From Dipteris shenzhenensis (lineage: Eukaryota), in NCBI GenBank assembly GCA_047967505.1, contig CM106538.1: a stretch of DNA of 64,000 bases. One strand, written 5' to 3'. Numbering within the stretch: position 1 is the first letter of the stretch; each line of letters opens with the position of its first letter. The notes below the pieces were generated by a model, which was not told the DNA's origin, searched no databases, and was given only the letters and a program-made list of their open reading frames with translations. Of the stretch, positions 1 through 12,940 are shown in pieces. The translations under genes and the position numbers were made by a program.

Positions 1-544
1 ATGGTTATCACAAGCAAGCTCATATAGCATACTATAGTATGTACCCATAGTATGTACCCTAAATACTTATCCACAAGTCTTCAATATCCCCTTGGTTATA
101 ACAAGGCACTAGTCTAGCATTTAAACTCAAGAAGTGAATGGTTTTTGCTTCTTCAATTGCATCTTTTTCATCAAATCTTGTGAGATGATGTTCACACGAA
201 GTCCACGATCAATTAACAAAAAATAATAATCTGGGCTTGGTTGATTGAAGTTGCTTATTCATACACTGAGCAACTCTACTACACAGACTTCTTCTCATGA
301 TTTTGTTGCAATCTCTACAACAAGATGATTCTAGTTCCTTTAGCTAGCTCTTCTTTCATACCCGCACATATACCAATACATGATTAACTATGCTACTAAT
401 AAGATAAAAGAGGAGTTGGCCATTTGCTTATGGAAAGAATTACTGTTATGGCCCAAAGTGATTGGCTATCCTCTATCATTGTTATGACAAAAGAATGAGA
501 GATTGAGAATTTGCATTGATTATAAGATGTAGAATTGTAGATCA
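1..544 (-). pseudogene. Ty3/gypsy gag-protease fragment (G0)
   Basis: Manual minus-strand translation of ~10-230 gives LLIDRGLRVNIISQDLMKKMQL...V*MLD*CLVITKGIL. This is a decayed retroviral-type aspartic protease resembling the one at 4300-4560. Confidence 0.5.
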
Positions 545-1732
545 TGTTGAACCCATATTTGATACTTGAAAGTGCAGTAGAATGCGAATAGCAAACTGAG
601 AGCACGTCAAGAAGACTCGAACATTAAGAAAAATGATATGGAGGAAGACACCTTGGACACCCGTGGATCATAGAAAAACTCACATGTATTGTGGAGAAAG
701 ACCTACAAGTCCAAGATGAAATAATAGGGGCAAGGGGCCCTATATATGAGGGTGCGCTCCTTGTATTCGGCCTACTTATGTAAGCCAATTTGGATGACCA
801 GTAGGTCAGCCTAACTTGACCCAGGTGGGTCAGTCTGGTTAGTGTAGCTGACTAGGTTGGGTGGCCAAACTAGCCCCCAAACCTGGACTACTATCTCCCA
901 ACCCTGGCTATTGGGTGCCCTGGTTGGTAACATGGTAGCACATCTTTGGTTACCTTGCCGAGCGGCGAGCACATCTTTGGCAACTTCCCGTGACAACAAC
1001 ATTTGAGGTGGTGACTCTCAGTCCAAGGAGGAATCATCCTAAAGCTAAGGGCGGTAGCCCAATAATGAGCAGTGGTCTAGTAGACCGCAAGTGTTAGGAA
1101 TAGAAGTTGGTCTGGTAGTAAGACTAATAAGTAGCAAAGCATTGTAATAGAAAGAAGGTCCTAGTTGTTTCACAAGTCTCTCTAGCTTGATAAGTTACGA
1201 GCTTGCATACTTGAATGATCAATTCAAATCGAGGCAGCTTCATCATAAACAGAGTCTCTTTTAATACAATACAAGTGTGGTTAGCTTCCATTCTGCCTAT
1301 ATTGCATATTCTGTTTATTTTCTACGCTTAATCCACCATCACCATACGGTTTCCCTTTCAATAGCAACCCCGACCTCCGAGTTGTTTTTGTTGATGTTTA
1401 TCTGCATCAAACTTGAGCACATTCGCACACACATCTCACCAAGGACTGCAAGAGTGAGCATCTTCATAGGAGCACTGCACGGGTTGGGTTAAGTATTCAC
1501 AAGCACAAAACACTGACACCCATACGGTTTCCCTTTCAATAGCAACCCTGACCACCGAGTTGTTTTTGTCGATGTGTATCTCCATCACACTTGAGCACGT
1601 TTGCACACAAATCTCACCGAGGTCTGCAAGAGTGAGCATCTTTTGCATGGATTGGGGTTAAGGCTTCATGAGCATAGAACACTGAGCACCCATAAGTTGA
1701 CCAAAGGGGAATGAAAAATTGGACCGTCAACA
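545..1732 (+). repeat. 5' LTR of G1 (~1.19 kb)
   Basis: Starts TGTTGA (545) and ends TCAACA (1732), immediately followed by a TTTGGC PBS-like motif. There is no second LTR to confirm the left boundary. Confidence 0.65.
1342..1697 (+). repeat. Two tandem copies of a 178-bp unit in the G1 LTR
   Basis: CCATACGGTTTCCCTTTCAATAGCAACC... occurs at 1342 and 1520. Confidence 0.9.
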
Positions 1733-1733
1733 T

Positions 1734-1752
1734 TTGGCAATTCTCCTAGGGA
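1734..1752 (+). promoter_or_regulatory. Degenerate primer-binding site of G1
   Basis: TTGGCAATTCTCCTAGGG follows the LTR-terminal CA and resembles the TGGCGACTC..CTGGGGA PBS of Athila/Tat-type elements. Confidence 0.5.
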
Positions 1753-2859
1753 AGGGTCAATTGAATTTGCGTATTGATGTGTTATTAGCTATAGGAATTG
1801 AGTGGATTGAGTGCACAGTCATTGAGAGAGGTTTATGCTAACCAATGATGAATTGAGGCAATTCTTGGGCACGGTGAGCTATTACAAGAAATACCTTCGA
1901 GTGACCACAGATGAGCAGCGCAGTCTAGTGACGTGCTTAAGATCAGAGTGTGGATTATAGAGAGCATCTAGGCAGCGAATCGACTAATTCACGACTTAGC
2001 CAATGTCTGATACATGCTTGGGAAGAAGACACAGATGCGTGGCTTAGACATGAAGAATATTTGAGTCAAAGGAGTAGCTACATCCAACCATGAGAGCTAG
2101 TGCGGTTTGAGAATCAAAATTGGGTTCCCAAAGGAAGCAGGAATAACCGTTAACTATCCAACAATAGGAGCATAGAGCACGAGGAGAGAGACTTGGCCTC
2201 GCTACCCAAGGGGTGAAAGTTGTGTATTACGCAGACCCAAAAAGAGGAACCACTGGTAATTGGATGAGGCATTCTAGAAAACCACCAGCAAGTGATGGTC
2301 CATCATGGCAAATAGAGTTCGAGCACTCGTCTGTAGAGAGTTTAGACCTGGATCAATTAGCCATCAACATGAGCATGATGATTTTGAGAATGAAGGAAGA
2401 GATAGGTTTTTTTGATACTCGACTATTCCCCTGAAGGACACCTTCGAGAAAGACGTGATCGAGGAAGACTAGCCACTTTAGATAGTCAAAGAACCAACAA
2501 AATTGAAGCAAGGCATGCTCCTAATGGAGATAGATATCACCGTGAGTCAGAAGTGGTGAACTTATAGCAACGAAGGAAATTCACCCAAGTTCCTCTTCAT
2601 ATGGATAGAAGGCCGATTCGACCTGAAGGCGAACCACTTAACCGACCTTCAGTACTTCTAAGGCCTCAAGCTCTTCCTATGGATCAACCATGAATCAATC
2701 GTCAGCACCTGATACACATGAAGGTGATTATGATAGCTGGAGACCTAGAGATCCTGTTCTTTCGAGTGGACATCATGCATACCCAATTTAGTGGAGTTGA
2801 TTGAGTGGAAGATCCCGTGGAGCAGGCAGGAAAATCCAAGGCCATGCACAATATTAAGG

Positions 2860-5800
2860 CAAAATTTTAAAATTTCAAAGGTATCGATGTTGAAGATCTA
2901 TACAATCATCTGCAAAGTTTCTTGTGGGTGTGTCATATAAATGGTACCACAATAGACAAGGAATAAATGGACTATTTCCATTGCACATTGGAAAAAAAAT
3001 GCACAAAGATGGCTCAAAGGTCTCCCAATTGGGTATTTTCCCGATTGGTATGCTATGTCTAAGGCATTCCTACATTGATTCAATATGAAATTAATGAGGA
3101 AGATGTTCACACCAAGCTTAGAAAACTCAAACAAAATAAGATTGAGTCCGTCCAAGACTTGTGCTTCAGATGTGGGCTCTTATTAATCAATTGACTACGG
3201 TGCCAAATGACAAGTCCATGAGAGCCTGGTTGATTACGGGGTGCACCTAGGTGGAATTGCGCAAGCCAAAAATAGTAAATCTGGCTAAGTTATATGAGGA
3301 ATTTCTAGGGCAAGGCAAAGAAGAAACATGTAGATAGTGACATTGAAGGAATACCAGTTAAGAAGGCTAAGCTCAAATATGAGCTGAAGAAGGCACTAAA
3401 GGAACTGGGAATTCATAGGAAACCAAGTACCGATGAGAAATAGTGCAATAAGTATTCTAGGTATGGACACACTCAAGATGATTGCAAAACCAAATATTAC
3501 AAAACTTGCACTAAATTTGGGCATGATGAATCAGATTATTGGTTCAATATCAAGAATCATCAAGTATTTGCCAATCAGGTGACAAGTGACACTCTGCCAA
3601 CAAGTGGCAAGCCACCACGCAGAATAAAGTCAAAGGTAAGAATTACAAAGAGAAGAATACAGATCCTTCAAAGATCTAATGTTGTTGTTGTGGAGAGAAC
3701 CATCTACCTTTTGAATGTCCAATTTGGGCTGAAGATCCAAACTTCCTTAAAACTAATATGAAACAGAAAGAAGTGGATCTTGAGTGTTGAGTGATTGTAG
3801 CCAAACTACCAGACACGGTGGAGGCCCAAGTGATCACCAAGTCAAAGGGTCCAATTGCAACCTCTACAGATATTGATTCTTCGACCAAAGATATGAATTG
3901 GAAGGCAAAAAAGGAGATAGCTGCTAAAATTACTAGAGATTTGAAGGGCAAGGCACTAATAGTCGAGATGCCATCTGAGTAGTGCCAATCGCTTTCAACA
4001 ACTAAACCAAGCGAGTCTTCAAAGTCTAACGAGCAAAGTGTGGACTAGGAATCAAGTACTATCAAATTCTAGCACAAAGTAGCCCGAGCATGGGAAATAT
4101 CCAAAAACATGAACATAAATATTCCTTTTACTGAATTGATGTACATAGCCGATATTACTGTGAATTTTTTGCTCAGCAAATCAAGGAATCTAAAGAGCAA
4201 CTGAATTTTTTAGATTCTTTGGTTACCATTTCCATCTCATTGACATGTCTGTACTGGATGAAGAAGTACTAGAAATTATTGTCATATTCAAGAAATAAAC
4301 TATACCAGGTGTGATCATGGATGGTGATTCAAGGGTTTACATTATTTCTGAAGACATTGCAAAAAGGCTGAAGTTTAGGACTTCCAAGCCATTTCCTTTC
4401 CAAGCGTAAATGGTAGATAAACAACCAGTTGATCCCAAAGGTATGCTCCAGGATGTTGCTATTTTTGTAGGAGGCATTCATGACACTGTCAGTCTTAGTG
4501 TGATTGCCATGGAGCAAAATGCCTATCTTATTTTGTTGGGATGGACTTGGTCGAAGAGTACTAAGGTGCTACTGATTGGGGATTTGAGGAAATGATCATC
4601 AAAACTGATGGCAACAAGGAAGTATGCACACTAATCCTCGAAAAGTACCACACAGTTATTGGCCTAACAAGATGTGGAGTCACACCTGAAGGAATTGCAA
4701 ATCCTTCTTGTCGATGAAATCGATATCTTTCAAGTGGCCACTGATCTTAGGTAGAACATGAAGAATCCCACTAGCTCATAAAGATATGTTCCCAAAAAAC
4801 TTCACTGAAGATGCTCACTATTACATGACTTGAAACTTATCGGTTAGTTCCAGAGCTGACACAACAACTTAACCTTGCCACCAATGACAAGCCTACAACT
4901 ACTGTGGTAAGTGCCAATCTTTCTTTCGAGAAACTTCAAGTTGCCAAAGAACTTTTCACCAGGTAGAAATATGTTTTTTTTGGAATTACACTGATCCTCG
5001 GGGAATCCTACCCTGAGTTATGTCAACATAGAATTTTGTTGGTACTAGATGCCAAACCAATCCAGCAACAAAGATACAGACTGAATCCAAATTATGTGAA
5101 CCAGTAGAGGGGAAGCTTGAGATCATCCTGGCTGGCAAAGGGGGAAGCATTCTTCCAAAGTCTTGTTTGTACCATCACTATCCTTTCAATTGTTGTCAGT
5201 GCATTAGTTGTGCAAGGCTGGCAAATGGGTATGATTCTGCATTGTCACAGGACAAGTGGTTTGGGGCCAAAGAGTGGATCATGGTGTTTACAAACTATGC
5301 ATTCCATCTCCTCTCACCACTGGAAAGGATGGTGATTAGGGGAAGTTAGTTGCAAATATGCCACAACATGCTATTTAGTACTAGACACAATCGATGGCTT
5401 GCTAGTTGATGGTAGTACCCAATGACACTATTGTATTGTTGGCAGTCTGATATGCTCACTCCCCTTTGGTCAACTTATGGATTCTTAGTGTTATGTGAGC
5501 CAACAGAAAGATGAATTGGATCAACTTCTCCAAGCAGGGTTCATTTATGCTATTAATCATAGTAATTGGTTATTCCCCATTGTGGTAGTGCTAAAGAAAA
5601 ATGGTAAACTCCGAGTATGTGTGGATTACCAAAAATTTAATGCTCAAACTACTGACCCATTTCCCCATTTATAGATGCGATCTTAGATCAAGTTGCAGGA
5701 CATGAAATGTATTCATTTATGGATGGTTACATTGGCTATAATCAAATCATGGTAGCTCCAGAAGATCAATCTAAAACTACATTCGTCACATAGTGGGGTG

Positions 5801-6700
5801 CTTATGCAATGCGGGTTATTCCTTTTGGATTAAAGAATGCACCATCAACCTTCCAGAGGTTCATGGTGGAAACTTTCGGGGACTATCTGACTGAGTTCAT
5901 AGCAATGTTTCTATATATAGTCTATAGACAAATGATCATCAATGCTTCTTGGAAAAGGTGTTTTAGCATTGCAGGAAAGTAGGCATCTCACTTAATCTAT
6001 CTAAAAGTGTTTTTTGTGTTCGAGTTAACTAATGTCTTACTTAGGCATGTGATTTCACAAGACAATATTTGGACCGCCGAGCCAAGTAAAATTCATGCCA
6101 TTTAAGAAGCAAATGCTAGAGCTAGAAAATTTGACTCATGTACATTCTTTTGTTGGCTTCACAGTTTTTACAAATGCTTTATAAAAGATTTTGCCAAGCC
6201 ATTATATGACTTAACTAAGAATGATGCTAAGTTTAAATGGACTCCTGTGCTGTTTGAGGTATTTCATACCTTAAAAAGTCGAGCGGTAGCTACACCCATT
6301 TTGAGGCAACCTCGTCGAGACATCATTTTTCATGTGCATGTTAATGCCTCTGGATATCTTAGGGATTATATTGGCACAATCAGATGGTAGACTAGATTAT
6401 TCGATGTATTATGTTAGTTGGTTGTTAACACCCACAACATCTAACTATTGTACTATTGAGCATGAAGCTCTAGGCATGATTTTCAGTGTGCACAAATTGC
6501 GTCACTATTTGCTCAAGAATCCATTTATTTTCTATGTGGACCATCAGGTCATGCAATTACAAAAGGATAAATTTAAGATTCTGCACACCATCCCTACAAC
6601 CTATTATGCCCGAGGCAATGGAGAAGCCAAATCTACTAAAAAGACTCTCAAGTTCATTTTGACCAAGTCCATGCAGTCTCACAAGAGTGATTGGGATGCC
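2860..6700 (+). pseudogene. G1 gag-pol pseudogene (gag, PR, RT, RH, partial INT)
   Basis: RT motifs include PIVVVLKKNGKLRVCVDY, DQVAGHEMYSFMDGY and PFGLKNAPSTFQR. RH motifs are EHEALGMIFSV and FYVDHQ, and INT has YYARGNGEA. Many stops and frameshifts. Confidence 0.9.
5104..5502 (-). other. 399-bp foreign insert in G1 RT, containing an inverted G1-family LTR end (5437-5497)
   Basis: Flanked by TTATGTGA(A/G)CCA at 5092-5103 and 5491-5502. Removing it restores RLNPNYVSQQKDELDQLL. The reverse complement of 5437-5490 matches 1680-1732. Confidence 0.75.
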
Positions 6701-6867
6701 CATCTCCTAGGTACCCTTCATGTACCTCATGATGCACTTAACTGCCTCCCAATGCCTCTTTCCTGGATTAGCCATATACCGTCTAACAACTCCCACTGCA
6801 AATGCAATGTCTAGTCTAGAAGCTATCATAGCATACATAAGACTCCCAACTGCTGATGCATAAGGAA
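6696..6867 (-). repeat. 172-bp copy of copia A RT sequence (7325-7496) at the G1/A1 junction
   Basis: Direct repeat at offset 629, with about 8 mismatches by eye. Confidence 0.9.
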
Positions 6868-9800
6868 ATACTCAAACCGCTGACTAGGTAGACTCTTCGT
6901 CAGCATATCTGCAGGGTTATCATCTGTATGAACCTTGACAAGCTCTATGCGCTTGTCCTCAAGTACCTCCCTGATGAAACGGTACCTGACCTCAATGTGT
7001 TTGGTCTTTGCATGAAAGACCGGATTCCGTGCTAGCTGAATAGCACTGATGGAATCACTATGCAATGTCGGTACACCTGTATGAATCCCCAAATCTCCCA
7101 CTAGCCGATCAAGCCATATAGCCTCCTTGCAACCCTCTGTGGCTGCAACATACTTAGCCTCTGTGGTAGACAAAGCAACGCACTTCTGTGCATGAGACAT
7201 CCACGACACTGCACCACCTGCAAAGGTGAACACATAACCAGAAGTGGATCTCCTACTATCCACATGCCTTGCATAGTCTGAATCTGTGTACCCAAGTACA
7301 TGCATGTCTCCTTTACCAAAGCAAATGCACATCTCCTTAGTACCCTTCATGTACCTCATGATGCACTTAACTGCCTCCCAATGTCTCTTTCCTGGATTAG
7401 CCATATACCGGCTAACAACTCCCACTGCAAATGCAATGTCTGGTCTAGTAGCTATCATAGCATACATAAGACTCCCAACTGCTAATGCATAAGGAACCTT
7501 GGCCATCATGGCCCTTTCCTCATCTGATTTGGGACTATCTGTATGACTCAGTTTCACATATGGAGGCAATGGAGTACTCACTGCCTTCCCCCCCTCCATA
7601 TTGAAGCGCTGCAATACTTTTGTAACATACTCTTTTTGTGAAAGCCAAAGGAGTTTCCTACTCCGATCACGCATGATGCGCATACCAAGAATATGACCTG
7701 CAAATCCCAAATCCTTCATATCAAAGGCCTCATGCAACTTGGCCTTTAATGCATCTAGCTCATAAGTATTCTTGCTAGCCAATAGCATATCATCCACATA
7801 TAGTGCCAGGATTATCAGGCTACTATCCTTAGCCCTTTTAGTGTAGAGGCAGTGAGCAATTTCACTCCTTCTAAAACCCTGGGACTGAATGAAAGCATCA
7901 AACTTCTGATACCATTATCTAGGCGCTTGCTTAAGACCATACTAAATGCTCTTTGCCCTTTTCTTCAAAGCCTTCCGGCTGCACCATGTAAATTTCCTCA
8001 TGCAAATCCCCATGCAAGAAAGCTGTCTTGACATCCATCTGCATAAGCTCCATATCCTCTGATGCCACTAGTCCAAGCATGCATCTAAGTGTGGTCATCT
8101 TCACAACCGGAGAGAATATCTCATCAAAGTCCACACCCTTCTCTTGCTTGAACCCTTTAGCAACCAAACAGGCCTTGTACCTAGGCACATCATCACCTGT
8201 GACCTTCATTTTGTAGACCCATTTACATGGCAATGCTTTCTTTCCATGTGGCAAAGAAACCAAGTCCCAAGTCTTATTCTTCATAAATGAACTCATCTCT
8301 GATTGCATAGCATACTCCCACTTGCGTTTATCCTCACTCATCATAGCCACTTTGTAGCAAGAAGGCTCCCCGCAATCAGTAAGCATCACATAGTCTACCC
8401 CTGGAACAAACTTATCAGGCGGTCTAGACACTCTAGAAGATCTTCTCAAGGGCATTTCAGCTTGCTGTCCCACCTGCATATTAGCCACATTTGGCTCATC
8501 ATTTCCACCAATGGATGATCCATCATCTACCCTTAATTGTATACCTGTGGGAGTACTTGGTGGTACCATTTCTTGCACATTTGGTGCATGGACAGCTTGC
8601 TGTCTATCAACATATGTAGGTGGATTCACATCCTAGAAAGTGATTCTCCTCATTTCCACATCCCTCATGGGTGCCTTATGCATCTTCTTTTCATTGAACA
8701 CCACATCATGGCTGCGTATGATCTTCTTTGCTTCTGGATCCCAAAGACGATAGCCCATCTCTCCACTTTCACCATAACCTAGAAAGATGCATTTCCTAGA
8801 CTTAGGATCTAGCTTCTTTCGAAGCTCTTTTGGCACATGTGCATATGCCTCACACCCAAATATACACAAATGAGAGTAAGAGGGCTTCTTGCCACTCCAT
8901 GCCTCTTCACGAATACCACCATCCAAACTCTTACTAGGTGATCTATTGATCACATGCACTGCAGTCTTCATTGCCTCAACCCAAAAACCACCAGAAAGAC
9001 TTGCATTGGAAAGCATGCATTGCAACCTTTCTTGAATGGTACGATTCATCTTTTCTGCAACTGGATTTTGCTCTGGAGTATGAGGGGATATGAGCTCCCT
9101 TCTAATCCCACGTGTATCATAGAAATACTGAAAGTCATGAGAGAGATACTCTCCACCATTGTCAGTCCGTAGGCATTTAAGCGTTCTACTTGACTGATTC
9201 TCAACCAAGGCCAGCCATTTCTGAAATACCTGGAACACATCACTCTTCCAAGCTATAGCATAAGCCCACACTTTCGTAGTTGCATCATAAATGAATGTCA
9301 CAAAGTATTCAGCCCCGCCTAATGACCGTGTAGGCATGGGACCACATACGTCTGAATGCACCAAATCAAGCATTTCAAACTCTTTCTTTCCCCTTCTTTT
9401 ATGGGCTGATTTAGTCTGCTTCCCATAGAGACAATGCTCACAAAATTCAAAATCAGAGAAACTCAAATGCGGTACATAACCCAAACGGTATAAGAGTTTC
9501 ATTCCATTCTAGCTCATGTGCCCCAACCTGCAATGCCACAATGAAGTGCTTGGCTGCTCGGTTATTGCAACAACATGATCAAATACCCCTGATACAAAGT
9601 CCCACACTTGGCACCCCTGGCCAAAAGCATAGAGCCCTTCTGAATTTTCCAATGCTGAAAGGCAAAAGTGGTGTGAAAACCAGCATCATCTAGCTGACCC
9701 ACTGAAATAAGACTCTTCGTCAGCTTAGGCACGTGTCTCACATGTTTCAAAACAAATGCAGACCCATTTGCAAAAGAAAACTTTATGTCACCTGCTCCCA

Positions 9801-10868
9801 CTATGTCACATGCATAGTCATTTCCAAGATGCACACAACCTGTCTTTCCACTATCATAAGTGGAGAACCATTCCCTATGGGGAGTAACATGGAATGAAGC
9901 ACCAGAATCCAAAATCCAATCCTGGGAATATGCATCATCTGAAGTGGTAAGCAACTCTGCAGATAAACTAGACATGAAGAGAATGTCATTGTCACTATCA
10001 TGTGTGACTGCATTGATCTCCTCGATCTTCACTTTTCCTTTGTCCTCCCTTGGACTCTCTTCCTTTTGATTTGCACCCCAATTTGCATTCTTTTTCTTAT
10101 CCTTTTGCTCTCTTTTTAGCTTGTAGCAATCCTTTTTCATATGGCCCGTCTTGCCACAATGGTAACACTCAATGTTTCGTGCCCTGGATTTGCTACGTGA
10201 CTTCCCTCTTTCTTGGGACTTCCCCCTTAATTGTGATCTACCCCTTTGCACATTTAAGGCTGCATCCTGCTTGTTGCCATCCATAGACTTCCGTCTAATC
10301 TCCTCGGCCAACAAGCTACCCACAACATCATCAAATTTCAGTACTCCACCAGGTGCAGAGTTACTGACAGCTGTACGGAAGGTATCCCATGAGGATGGCA
10401 ATGAAATAAGAGAAATATTGCCTTAGTCTCCGCATCAAAATTCATCTTCTGAGCCTGAAGTTGGCTGAAAATAATATTGAATTCATTCAAGCGAGAAGCA
10501 GTGGAGACCCCTTCCTTCATCTACAGCTCAAACAACCTCTTCATGAGGTAAACTTTATTAGAGGCAGTTTCCTTCTCATAAGTGGCACACAGTTTCTTCC
10601 CTAAATATTCCATAGTCTGCTCATTTACTACTGTGAAATAAACTGACTCTGCAAGATGAAGTCTAATAGTAGACTTTGCTAATGCATCCAACTCATTCCA
10701 ATCATCCTCAGACATATTTGCAGGCTTAGCTTCAATCCTTGCCAAAAGTTTAATCTGCTTCTTTTGAATAAGCACATCCCTTATTTGTTATTTCCACAAA
10801 GAAAAGTTTGTCCCATCAAACTTTTTAATGTTGAAAAACTCCTTTTCAGACATGGAAGAGGATGCCAT
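6868..10868 (-). pseudogene. Copia A1 gag-pol pseudogene
   Basis: Motifs include CYHCGKTGHMKKDC, WILDSGAS, HSDVCGP/RTDNGGEY, DVKTAFLHG, YVDDML and KHIEVRY. It has stops and frameshifts, including a 13-bp deletion between GATACA repeats at ~9596 relative to A2. Confidence 0.95.
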
Positions 10869-12292
10869 GATGCAAATAAAGCAAAATCCCAAATGCTAGT
10901 GCCTCAAGAGAGAATCACACCAAATACCAGGTGCACCCAAATGTGTATGCCACAATAGAGTGAAATATCACCAAAATTCAAAGCTCAAAGCATCAAAAGA
11001 TGCATTTGACTCATGTGCATATACTATGCATCCATATGAGCAAATCTGGCCCAAAAGAAAATGCGAATAAGTGCCAAATGACTCAAGCATAAACACCGTC
11101 CACTGGCATATGCATGAATAATATCTCATCCAAGAGAGCATAGCACTATCAGTGCATCACCTGCAATGTGCCAAAGTTGTCCCTCAGCATAAAATAGCAT
11201 TCATGTGCAAAGCGTCCATAAAAAATAGCATCCCACAAGGCAATTTGGGCCTATCAGCGCATCCAATAAGGATCGCAATGCATCCAAATGGCCTATAAAT
11301 CATCCACTGCAACCCAATGCATACCACGAATGAGCACACACTGCTCAAACTGCAACCAGAGTGATCTGCATAAAGTATGCTCAAGAAATCATAGTCCCAC
11401 GGTAATGAGCGCTACTAAAAATAGAACCTGAGATGCCTCAAAACATGGGCGCCATTGCATGATCGAACTCAACAAGCAAATCTGCAAATATCTCTCTTCT
11501 GCCAGAACTCCAAAATCCCAACCGATGAGTGAGAAATGGGAGTCAACACTTATCCACTGCCATGTGGCATAAATCTATGGTTTCAAAACCTTAGAATGAA
11601 AAATGCATAACAGAGAGACGAAATCGAATACACAGAGATCTATAACTCTGAAAATTCTCCACCGAATCGTGCAAGAACTAATAGGTAAGGGTTTTTGGGC
11701 GTCCGGAATGCAATGGGATAGACGGTTTTGGAAACCGTGGTCTCAATCACTGGGTCCAACACACGAACTGAAAAACGTTTTTGGAAACAGAGCTGTTTGT
11801 AAACTCCACCGGAGTGTGAATGATGAGCAACATAGAAGTTTTAGGACCTCCTGAGTCCACCGGAACTGACAGATCTGCAAATGGTTACTCTAAACTTGAG
11901 TTCCAACACCCGGGCAAAAAACGCAGAAACTGACACAGAGAGTCAGAATTCCAATGAAATGATCCCGGATTCAAGAATGAAGGTGTTTCCGAGCTCCTAA
12001 AGTGAAGTGGACACCAAAAGCAAGCAATAGTTGCCTCTACAAGTCAATACAGAGTCTCTGTCATTGAACGGAACAGGGAAAAGCTCAAAAAACGACTTTT
12101 TCTTTGAAACCACTTAACAGGCTCTCAAAACCACTTCGCAAAGCCAAAGTGACTTTTCCAAAGGTTCCTCCAAGGTCTCTGCACACTCGGATGCAAGTAA
12201 AGTCACCCACAAAGCTTCCGACAGAGCTTCTCCTTCCTCCCACAGAGCTGTTGAGCTTCAAGCATTCACGCACACTCGGCTAGATCACCCGG

Positions 12293-12304
12293 GCTCTGAT
12301 ACCA
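12293..12304 (-). promoter_or_regulatory. PBS (tRNA-iMet) of A1
   Basis: TGGTATCAGAGC on the minus strand. Confidence 0.95.
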
Positions 12305-12306
12305 GT

Positions 12307-12337
12307 TGAGAGTGCTCTCAATGGAAGCAAGAATGGA

Positions 12338-12379
<42 letters not shown>

Positions 12380-12495
12380 ACCACACAAGTTTGGTGGGTG
12401 TAGAACCACCCTAATCTTCTTTTTTATTCATTTATATATGTGTTTGAGTATTGTACATAACCGGGGTGAAGGCACATTGATCTTTAACCCCCACA
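12307..12495 (-). repeat. 5' LTR of A1 (189 bp, with expanded GA/TC microsatellite)
   Basis: TG...CA ends. Homologous to 47348-47516, with homology stopping at the same base. Confidence 0.9.
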
Positions 12496-12908
12496 CCAAG
12501 AACTTATTAGCCCCAAAGAAAACAACCACAAGAGGAGGGCTGGAACCTATGTAAGGTTCCCATCAATAAATTAGGCCAATACTTTGAAGGTGATGACACT
12601 AATGCAACTATCCCCATAACCTACCAGAACTAAAAGGTTGAGGCCATCCTCGATGGGGGAGCAGGTGTAAGTGTTTGCACCAAAGAATGTTGGGAAACTA
12701 GGGGGAAACCTTCCCTTGAGCGACCCATCTGGTAGTGAAGCTAGCCAATGGCATAACTACTGAACCCCTGGGAGTTCTAATGGGTATTAATATTAAGGTG
12801 TTTGGCTTCACGTACCCCATTCGATTTGTCATAATGGACTTCACCCAGCAACCTGGGTATGAAGTCATCCTAGGTAGGCCCTTCCTATGAATGTCTAGAG
12901 TCATACAC
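12496..12908 (+). pseudogene. Ty3/gypsy protease fragment
   Basis: KVEAILDGGAGVSVCTKECW...VKLANG...YEVILGRPFL. Confidence 0.8.
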
Positions 12909-12940
12909 GCATATCATGAGTGGAGCTCGATATCTCAACA
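12909..12940 (-). repeat. 32-bp terminal remnant of a family-B copia LTR
   Basis: GCATATCATGAGTGGAGCTCGATATCTCAACA is nearly identical to 18330-18361 and to the reverse complement of the 55010 LTR start. Confidence 0.9.

Larger units (their letters stand above)
545..6700 (+). mobile_element. Degenerate non-chromovirus Ty3/gypsy LTR retrotransposon (G1), 3' end missing
   Basis: LTR and PBS-like motif are followed by gag (Zn knuckles ~3440-3720), protease (~4300-4560), RT (~5040-6250), RNase H and part of integrase, in gypsy order. Confidence 0.85.
6868..12495 (-). mobile_element. Ty1/copia LTR retrotransposon A1 (Tnt1/Tork-like), lacking PPT and 3' LTR
   Basis: 5' LTR, iMet PBS and ~1.4-kb leader are followed by gag-PR-INT-RT-RH order. 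Confidence 0.95.

Noticed and set aside
12085-12273. 62-aa ORF conserved with 47126-47314 as a possible leader peptide of copia A
   Set aside because: It has a non-ATG start, and the conservation is explained by the overall similarity of A1 and A2.
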